Below are positions 1 to 6,498 of a DNA stretch of 15,667 nucleotides, piece by piece (positions within the stretch are counted from its first letter, which is position 1; each line of letters begins with the position of its first letter). Made by a program: the position numbers and the translations under genes. This DNA comes from Bdellovibrionota bacterium (GTDB lineage Bacteria > Bdellovibrionota_C > UBA2361 > OMIW01). The stretch is taken from assembly GCA_044345055.1 (NCBI GenBank), contig JBIJBT010000066.1, positions 1-15,667 of the forward strand. Reading direction: 5' to 3'. The notes beneath the pieces were generated by a model. It did no database searches. It was not told the DNA's origin and was given only the letters and a program-made list of their open reading frames with translations.

Positions 1-976
1 GGAAGGTGGCTATCGAGAAAAACTGTGCCGAGAAATCGGAGATCCCCGAAACTAGCATGTGGTGAGCCCACACGACGAACCCAACCGCAGCAATCCCAAC
101 CGAGGAGATCACAACCGCTTTGTACCCAAAAAGGGGCTTACGAGAAAATACCGGAAGAATTTCTCCGATAACCCCGAATGCCGGGAGAACCATGATGTAA
201 ACGACCGGGTGTGAATAGAACCAAAAGAAGTGTTCGTAAAGAACAGGATCTCCTCCGCAGGTTGGATTAAACACACAGACCCCGAACGCCCGTTCAACTA
301 TCAAAAGCATTAGAGTCATACCGACAACGGGAGTTGCGAGCACCTGAATTGCCGAGGTCGCATAGAGCGCCCAGACAAACACCGGCAACCGCAACCAGGT
401 CATCCCCGGGCAACGAAGCTTATGAATCGTAACGATAAAATTTAGTCCCGTCAGGATCGATGAAAAACCGAGCACAAACGCGGCACCGGTCATCCACACG
501 ACCGCACTACCTGTTTTTATGCTGTACGGCGCGTAGAAGGTCCAGCCGGTATCGACTGGGTGGATACCAAGAGAGATCAAAGCCATCAGCGAGCCGAGCC
601 AGTAAACATAGAGGCTCAGAAGGTTTAATTTCGGGAACGCAACATCATACGCTCCGATCATTAATGGAAGGAGAAAGTTCCCCATCACCGCTGGAATTCC
701 CGGAACGATGAAGAGAAAAATCATTATAACGCCATGCGCAGTGAACCACCGATTGTAGGTGTCCGCTGACATTATCTGACCACCCGGAAAGGCGAGCTCC
801 GTTCTTACCGCAAGCGCCGCTATTCCCCCAGCAAAGAAGAATAGGGTCAGAGTGAAAAGGTACATCAACGCGATTCGCTTGTGGTCAACGGTAGTAAGCC
901 ATGACCAGATCCCTCGCTCACAGTTGATGTAGTTGGTATTCGAACCCTCTGTTGCTGTCGCACTCACGGCAGTCAT
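1..976 (-). CDS. coxA: Cytochrome c oxidase subunit I (heme-copper oxidase, A2 type), 3' part outside the window
   Basis: Manual translation of the minus strand from ATG at 976 (AGGAG 6 nt upstream) gives TTVDHKRIALMY, FTAHGVIM (low-spin heme His), GAYDVAFPKLN (D-channel Asp/Asn), GGDPVLYEHFFWFYSHPVVYIM (CuB His and cross-linking Tyr) and VWAHHM (CuB His-His). The frame is open at position 1. It lies 13 bp downstream of coxB. Confidence 0.97.
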   Translation of the reverse strand, partial: MTAVSATATEGSNTNYINCERGIWSWLTTVDHKRIALMYLFTLTLFFFAGGIAALAVRTELAFPGGQIMSADTYNRWFTAHGVIMIFLFIVPGIPAVMGNFLLPLMIGAYDVAFPKLNLLSLYVYWLGSLMALISLGIHPVDTGWTFYAPYSIKTGSAVVWMTGAAFVLGFSSILTGLNFIVTIHKLRCPGMTWLRLPVFVWALYATSAIQVLATPVVGMTLMLLIVERAFGVCVFNPTCGGDPVLYEHFFWFYSHPVVYIMVLPAFGVIGEILPVFSRKPLFGYKAVVISSVGIAAVGFVVWAHHMLVSGISDFSAQFFSIATF

Positions 977-989
977 CGGTTACTCCTGA

Positions 990-2264
990 TTACTTAACGG
1001 TCTTGATGAACTCGATTATGTCTTTGATCTGGTCGTCGGAGAGCTGACCCTCATACACCGGCATCGGCGATGGGGATGGATATCCTTCGACAACATGGGC
1101 GTTTGGCTTGAGAATCGACTCCGTTATATAGCTATCATCAGCTTTATAAGATGTCCCATCGGTAAACTTGCCCTCTTTACCATAAAGCCCCTTGAAGGAT
1201 GGTCCAACCACGCGAGAGCCGTCGAGGCTATGGCACCCAATACAGAGCTTCTCTTGGTAGTGCTTTTTACCGCGATCAGCGGGACTCATCGAAGCAAGAT
1301 CGACCTCCGGTTTTTTCACAACTACCTTCGGCGCATCGTTCAACGATTTCAGATAAGCGATTATATTGGAGATATCCTCGTCGGAAAGTCGCCCTTCGAA
1401 TGCGGGCATAGGAGAAGGATGCGGATAGCCCTTCACAACGTGAGCTTGTGGGTTAAGGATTGATTCTTTGATGTAATTTTCATCGGCCACATATTGCTGC
1501 CCATCATCGAATTCCCCTTTTCTGCCGTAAAGCTTCAAAAAGGTTGGACCAACGACCGCCGATCCGTCGACACTATGGCAAGAACCACAGGCATTTAGTT
1601 TAACTAAAGCTTCTCCTTGCTCCGCTGGAGATTGGACTCTTCCGGTGTCGGAAACCCAACGCTCAAATTCGGCCTCACTGACAACACGGACCTTGGCAAG
1701 CATGGCTGAGTGAGCAGTACCGCAGTACTCAGTACAGAAAACTTGGAAGTCACCCGTCTTAATCGGACGGAACCACTGGTAGGTGTATCGACCCGGAACT
1801 GCATCGACCTTTGTTCTCATAGCTGGAACAAAAAAGCTATGAAGTACGTCCTCTGACGTTATTACCAATTTGATAGGCTTTCCAACAGGAACAACGAATT
1901 CATCTGCAGTTCGCTTTCCATTCGCATATTTGAAGGTCCAGTTCCACTGACGGCCCACAACATTTATTTCTAGCGCATCGGCCGGTACCTCCCGCATGGT
2001 GCGGAATCCATAAACGCCTATAATCGCGACCCAAATACAGATTAACGTCGGCACTACCGTCCAAACGACTTCAAGAAAATGGCTTCCCTCAATCCGAGGA
2101 GTCTCGTGGTCGACCCCACCTTTTTTACGATACCGAATCGCGAAGTAAATCATCGCGCCGACGATCAGCACGGTGAAAAAAACACTGATGTCGGTGATCA
2201 GATTGTTGATGCTATCAACGGAGTGAGCGAAATCTGAGGCCTGCTCGGGAAGATAACGAAACAT
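990..2264 (-). CDS. coxB: Cytochrome c oxidase subunit II with two C-terminal cytochrome c domains
   Basis: Two N-terminal TM helices, LEVVWTVVP, GRQWNWTFKY, CuA ligands DVLHSF...CTEYCGTAHSAM, then two CxxCH motifs (CGSCH 1575-1589, CIGCH 1230-1244), each followed by PSPMP (axial Met). Confidence 0.97.
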   Translation of the reverse strand: MFRYLPEQASDFAHSVDSINNLITDISVFFTVLIVGAMIYFAIRYRKKGGVDHETPRIEGSHFLEVVWTVVPTLICIWVAIIGVYGFRTMREVPADALEINVVGRQWNWTFKYANGKRTADEFVVPVGKPIKLVITSEDVLHSFFVPAMRTKVDAVPGRYTYQWFRPIKTGDFQVFCTEYCGTAHSAMLAKVRVVSEAEFERWVSDTGRVQSPAEQGEALVKLNACGSCHSVDGSAVVGPTFLKLYGRKGEFDDGQQYVADENYIKESILNPQAHVVKGYPHPSPMPAFEGRLSDEDISNIIAYLKSLNDAPKVVVKKPEVDLASMSPADRGKKHYQEKLCIGCHSLDGSRVVGPSFKGLYGKEGKFTDGTSYKADDSYITESILKPNAHVVEGYPSPSPMPVYEGQLSDDQIKDIIEFIKTVK

Positions 2265-2333
2265 GAGTAAATCTTCTAATGACGACTAACGTGGCGACTT
2301 TAAAATTTTTCAGTCGGTAGCCTAAATAGTGCT

Positions 2334-2365
2334 CCCTGAAAAAACCAAGGAGGGGTTTTTCAGGG
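2334..2365. promoter_or_regulatory. Inverted repeat / stem-loop between sco and coxB
   Basis: CCCTGAAAAA (2334-2343) pairs perfectly with TTTTTCAGGG (2356-2365), extendable by CC/GG. There is no U-tract after the stem on the minus (coding) strand, so function is uncertain. Confidence 0.5.
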
Positions 2366-2413
2366 CCAACTAAATACTAAGCGATCATGACAAGGAACCA
2401 GCTCCCTCTTCGG

Positions 2414-3280
2414 TCACAACCCAGCCTTCGGCGATCGGCGACCGCGAACCTGCCGGAATACGAACAGACCGCAGAGTATCACAGAAAGGATAGTCCCGAA
2501 CCGCAAAAAATTAAAGGCCGCCCAGGAATATCGTCCCTTCGTCGGATCAAAGCGAAAGCAGAAAAGTAAGATGTGGTCCACCGGCGAACCGATCCGCCCC
2601 TCAGATGCCTCAACTAAAGAAAGCCGAACATCCCATGGTGAGAACTGTATGTCTGTGAAATATTGGGAAACTTTTCCGTCTGGAGTGAGTATCACAATAA
2701 CGGGACTGTGGGCAAATTCCTCGGCATCGGGCGCAAATTTAAAGCCAAGTTCCTTCATCAGAGGGAAGCTTGAGCTTTCAGGGCCTGTCAGAAAAGCCCA
2801 GGTATCAGCAGAAAGTTCCTTCTTTGGACCAGCATCCCGATACTGAGCCGCCTTCTTTGCTGCTATGTCACTGTTTTCTTTTGGGTTAAAGCTGACCGAG
2901 ACAACCCGATATTGCGAGCCCGGTTCAAGAGTCAACTCTCCCAAAAGTTGCGAAAGTCCCTGAAAAAGGAGACCACATATACGGGGACAGCGGTAATAAA
3001 CGGGGGTGATGATAACTGGAACATCTCCTCGGACGTAAGTTCTTAACGTGACCGACTCACCCTTCTCATTTAAAAAAGGACGGTCTAGGTCAACCTGTTG
3101 ACCTAACTTAGAATCGATTCCGATATCCTGAAGACCATTTTTAGGGTCTTCCAGCGCGAACGCCGAGGCGCCAACCGCTACAATAAAAAGCACTCCGGTT
3201 AAGAAACGCGCAACGGCCCTAATTCCAAAGAACGACTTAATTAGTACCGTTTGATTTCGAATCTTTTTTCGAATACTCAC
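2414..3280 (-). CDS. SCO1/SenC family copper chaperone for CuA assembly
   Basis: YYRCPRICG (CxxxC), VSVSFNP, WAFLTG, FAHS (conserved His), ILTPDGKVSQY, N-terminal signal-like hydrophobic stretch and C-terminal TM helix. GTG start with AAGGAG upstream; directly upstream of coxB. Confidence 0.93.
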   Translation of the reverse strand: MSIRKKIRNQTVLIKSFFGIRAVARFLTGVLFIVAVGASAFALEDPKNGLQDIGIDSKLGQQVDLDRPFLNEKGESVTLRTYVRGDVPVIITPVYYRCPRICGLLFQGLSQLLGELTLEPGSQYRVVSVSFNPKENSDIAAKKAAQYRDAGPKKELSADTWAFLTGPESSSFPLMKELGFKFAPDAEEFAHSPVIVILTPDGKVSQYFTDIQFSPWDVRLSLVEASEGRIGSPVDHILLFCFRFDPTKGRYSWAAFNFLRFGTILSVILCGLFVFRQVRGRRSPKAGL

Positions 3281-3347
3281 CCCGTTTGCTCCTTAAATTT
3301 TCGCCAATTCTCGAGAAGAAAACTGAATATCTCGCTCACTTTTTAAC

Positions 3348-4229
3348 CTATTCGCCACTAGACCAACGACCGACCAAGGAGAGAGAAAGGGGCCGATACT
3401 CGGACTTTGGCATTACAGCTATCTCCCCCGATTCAATCACTCCCTCACGCCCGACCAGTGCGTCAGCGAGGAGATTGCTTACCATCGTCGCAGAAGCCTC
3501 TATCGAATAAACCGTAGCAACAATAAATTGGCCATTTTCAGAGAGAAGTTGAGCGCAAGATTCGAGAAGATTTGCGAGCTGCTCATTCGATTTCCAGACT
3601 TCTTGGCGCGGCCCGCGCCCAAATGAGGGAGGATCGAGAATAATCCCCTCATACCGATTCCCCCGCCGCAACTCTCGAGCAACAAAGGCTCGAACATCAT
3701 CAACTATCCACCGAATCGATAGATCCGACTGATCAAGCCGCTCGATATTCTCACGCCCCTGAGATATTGCAGGCTTTGAACCATCAACGTGAGTAACCTC
3801 CGCACCTGCGTGTGCCGCAACCAAAGACGCAACGCCCGTGTAACCAAAAAGATTTAGCACCCGTGGAGAACGAGAGGAAGATGCAGAAACTTGCCGAGAG
3901 ATCCAACCCCAGAGAGCCGCCCGCTCAGGAAAAACTCCTAGGTGTTTATTATTTGATAATCGAGCAAAAAATCGGGCAGGACCGTAATTTAACTCCCAAA
4001 TCCCTTCTTTCGCCGATTTTCCAATCCACCCCCGATCACCATCAAACAGTAGATCAGCCTCAGCCCACCGACTTTGCGGCTTCACTGGTTTCCACCACGC
4101 CTTTGGTTCGGGTCGATCAACCAAAAAACGTCCAATCCTCTCGAGCCGCCGCCCACCACCAGAATCAACAAGCTCGTAACTCTCCCAATCAGGATACAAC
4201 AGAGAGATATCTGGTTTGGAAAACGCCAT
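3348..4229 (-). CDS. Class I SAM-dependent methyltransferase, RlmI/RlmK-like (COG1092-type); substrate not determinable
   Basis: YELVDSGGGRRLERIG, KHLGVFPE, SAM-binding VLNLFGYTG, VTHVD and GIILDPPSFGRGP motifs. Confidence 0.9.
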   Translation of the reverse strand: MAFSKPDISLLYPDWESYELVDSGGGRRLERIGRFLVDRPEPKAWWKPVKPQSRWAEADLLFDGDRGWIGKSAKEGIWELNYGPARFFARLSNNKHLGVFPERAALWGWISRQVSASSSRSPRVLNLFGYTGVASLVAAHAGAEVTHVDGSKPAISQGRENIERLDQSDLSIRWIVDDVRAFVARELRRGNRYEGIILDPPSFGRGPRQEVWKSNEQLANLLESCAQLLSENGQFIVATVYSIEASATMVSNLLADALVGREGVIESGEIAVMPKSEYRPLSLSLVGRWSSGE

Positions 4230-4309
4230 CTAGAAACGACCCTAAAAATGCTCGAAAATGGGCTAAATGGTAACAGTAAGGGAAATTTTGGGCAATATTT
4301 AGCAATTTA

Positions 4310-4465
4310 GCTGAAAAGGATCCTCCCCCATCCATTTTGGGCACATGATCAACCTAGTAGGACTGAACCTGGTATTAGAGGACTACTACTGCTACCGTTG
4401 TAGTCTAAAAGCCAGTGTCTTTTTAAAATGGAGGGGGGAGACCACCATGGTCCCTTCCTATCAGC
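4310..4465 (+). ncRNA. Candidate structured RNA or cis-regulatory leader (long irregular hairpin), family unassigned
   Basis: Nested complementarity read by eye: 4310-4314/4461-4465, 4317-4320/4456-4459, 4323-4338/4425-4440 (15 of 16 bp), 4340-4343/4416-4419, 4369-4373/4411-4415, 4381-4386/4400-4405. Two G-U pairs work only on the + strand. Confidence 0.4.
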
Positions 4466-4588
4466 CTTTAAAGAAATTCTCCAATTTTTTGGGATTCAGA
4501 TCATCTCATCCCTTGCCCGTTTAACAGGGCTTTTGCGCTTTGATATGCCTTTCTACTGAAACGAATAAACAAAATAACTAAAACCACC

Positions 4589-5029
4589 ATGAGCCAGAAA
4601 ATAATTCTCCGGAATGCACTTAAAGAATCGATGAAGGCGAAAGATCAGCTGCGTACGGACACGATTCGGAGTCTGTTGAGTGCGTTTCAGTATCTTGAGA
4701 TGGAAAAGGGGGTAGAGGAGATATCTGCGGAGGATTCTCTGGTGGTGTTGCAGCGGGAGGGGAAAAAGAGAAGAGAGGAGATTGAGTTTGCGGAGAAAGC
4801 GGCACGAATTGACTCGATACCGACTCTTGAGCGTGAGCTTGCAATTATCGAGGAATTTCTTCCAAAGCAGCTCTCGCGTGATGAATTGACTAGTATTATT
4901 GTTGGGATAAAAGAGAAATCTGGATCGACGAATCTTGGGGAGATCATGAAGATCCTCAAGGAGAGTCACGGTGGTTCGTACGATGGTAAAATTGCGAGTG
5001 AGGTGGCTCGACATCTGCTCGCTGGTTAG
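4589..5029 (+). CDS. yqeY: GatB/YqeY domain-containing protein
   Basis: 146 aa with LKESMKAKD...TIR, KKRREEIE.AEKAAR, ELAIIEEFLPKQLS, LGEIMK and DGK..SEV patterns typical of YqeY. Confidence 0.93.
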   Translation: MSQKIILRNALKESMKAKDQLRTDTIRSLLSAFQYLEMEKGVEEISAEDSLVVLQREGKKRREEIEFAEKAARIDSIPTLERELAIIEEFLPKQLSRDELTSIIVGIKEKSGSTNLGEIMKILKESHGGSYDGKIASEVARHLLAG

Positions 5030-5063
5030 AGAAGCACTTTTTTATCTACCCTTAGGAGCTGCT

Positions 5064-6452
5064 ATGAGTCTTACTTTTTCCTTTGAATCACGATTCTCGG
5101 TTCCGGTAGAGGCTCTTTTCGGGTGGCACGAACAACCAGCCGCTCTTGAGAGGTTAAATCTTCCTTGGGCTCCTTTTCGGATTATTCGTTCATCGCGCAG
5201 TATTCAGAATGGATCAACCGTCGAACTCGCGATTCCTCTTATAGGTCCCTTCACGAAGCGAATGAAGGTGGTGCATGAGGGATATGAAAAGGGAAAGCGG
5301 TTTCAGGATCGACAGGTCTCAGGGCCATTTGGTTCGTGGTTGCATACGCACAGCTTTCGGGCTGATGCGGAAAACTACTCGATCCTTGATGATACAATAT
5401 CGTATAGCCTTCCCTTCTTCGTTCCGAATACGCGACTTGCGACTGCGATGATAGAGTCAGAATTGCGACGAACCTTTTGGTATCGCCACCAGATTGTGTC
5501 GCGCGATCTTGAAAGTAATACACCCTCTCCAGCACACCTTTCGTTTGCGATTACCGGTTCATCAGGATTGGTGGGACAATCGTTGATTCCATTTCTCTCT
5601 GTGAGGGGACATCGGATCGTTAGAGTTCTTCGATCACCAATTACATCTAGCCACGCTTTGTGGAATCCCAAAACGGGCGAGCTACAAACCGAACCGCTTG
5701 AGGGCGTTGACACTCTGGTTCACCTTGCGGGTGAAAACATCGCGCAAGGTTTTTGGACTAAGGAAAAAAAAGAGCGTATCAGAGCGAGTCGAGTTGATGG
5801 GACTCGTCGACTCGTTTCGGCGTTAAAAACGATGAAAAATCCCCCAAAAACACTTATTATGGCCTCTGCTATCGGTTTGTATGGGCCGCATAGATCCGAA
5901 GAGGTCGATGAGTCTTCTGAGCGGGGAGATGGGTTTCTTGCTGATGTTGTTGAGGAATGGGAGTCGGCCGCAAAGGATGCAGAGGAGCTCGGTATTCGTG
6001 TTGTTTGTTTAAGATTTGGTGTCATTCTCTCGGCGCGAGGGGGAGCATTAGCGACGATGCTTCTTCCATTTAAAGGTGGTGTTGGTGGTCCGCTGGGTCG
6101 AGGTGATCAATCGATGAATTGGACATCGATCGAGGATGTTATCCGAGTGATTGAGCGAGCGGCTCTTGATTCTACCTTTAGCGGCCCCTACAACGTTGTT
6201 GCTCCCTCTACGGTTACCAACGAACAGTTTACCAAAACGCTTGGATCTCTTCTTAAGAGACCAACATTTCTTCGGGTTCCGGCAGCTGTTCTAAAAGCAA
6301 CGCTCGGGGAGATGGCAAAACAGCTACTCCTTGCATCAACTAAAGTTGTACCTCAGCGTCTTGTTGCAAGTGGATTTAAATTCACAGATCCAACGATTGA
6401 ATCGTGTCTTAGAATGCAGCTTGGGTGTCCGCCGCTGGACATAGCGCTTTAA
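5064..6452 (+). CDS. TIGR01777 family NAD(P)-dependent epimerase/oxidoreductase (YfcH-like) with N-terminal SRPBCC domain
   Basis: Start moved to ATG 5064 (AGGAG at 5054-5058; removes the overlap with yqeY). N-terminal LFGWHEQPAALERL.LPW and FQDRQVSGPFGSWLHTHSF (SRPBCC-like); then ITGSSGLVG Rossmann motif, HLAGENI, SRVDGT, ASAIG.YG, GFLADVVEEWE, LRFGVILS and LKRPTFLRVP. Confidence 0.92.
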   Translation: MSLTFSFESRFSVPVEALFGWHEQPAALERLNLPWAPFRIIRSSRSIQNGSTVELAIPLIGPFTKRMKVVHEGYEKGKRFQDRQVSGPFGSWLHTHSFRADAENYSILDDTISYSLPFFVPNTRLATAMIESELRRTFWYRHQIVSRDLESNTPSPAHLSFAITGSSGLVGQSLIPFLSVRGHRIVRVLRSPITSSHALWNPKTGELQTEPLEGVDTLVHLAGENIAQGFWTKEKKERIRASRVDGTRRLVSALKTMKNPPKTLIMASAIGLYGPHRSEEVDESSERGDGFLADVVEEWESAAKDAEELGIRVVCLRFGVILSARGGALATMLLPFKGGVGGPLGRGDQSMNWTSIEDVIRVIERAALDSTFSGPYNVVAPSTVTNEQFTKTLGSLLKRPTFLRVPAAVLKATLGEMAKQLLLASTKVVPQRLVASGFKFTDPTIESCLRMQLGCPPLDIAL

Positions 6453-6498
6453 TTACCCCCCACTCTGCTTGGTCATTTGTTACTTAGTGAGCTGTTTT

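Noticed and set aside
109..711. ORF-track entries 109..297 (-) and 460..711 (+)
   Set aside because: Out-of-frame or antisense shadows of coxA, which occupies 1-976 on the minus strand.
3812..4310. + strand ORFs 3812..4273 and 4074..4310
   Set aside because: Antisense to the methyltransferase gene with non-protein-like composition.
4360..4380. GAACCTG suggestive of a TPP riboswitch
   Set aside because: No upstream CTGAGA, no downstream GCG.AGGGA, and no thiamine-related gene adjacent.
4428..4559. 43-codon + strand ORF (MEGGDHHGPF...)
   Set aside because: No SD, not RpsU-like, and no recognisable motif.
4553..5014. 153-aa antisense ORF spanning yqeY, plus 4620..4844 and 4687..4959
   Set aside because: No recognisable motifs; fully overlapped by a well-supported YqeY gene on the other strand.
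4971..5063. Longer N-terminus of the TIGR01777 fusion given by the ORF track
   Set aside because: It overlaps yqeY; ATG 5064 has a good AGGAG and begins the domain.
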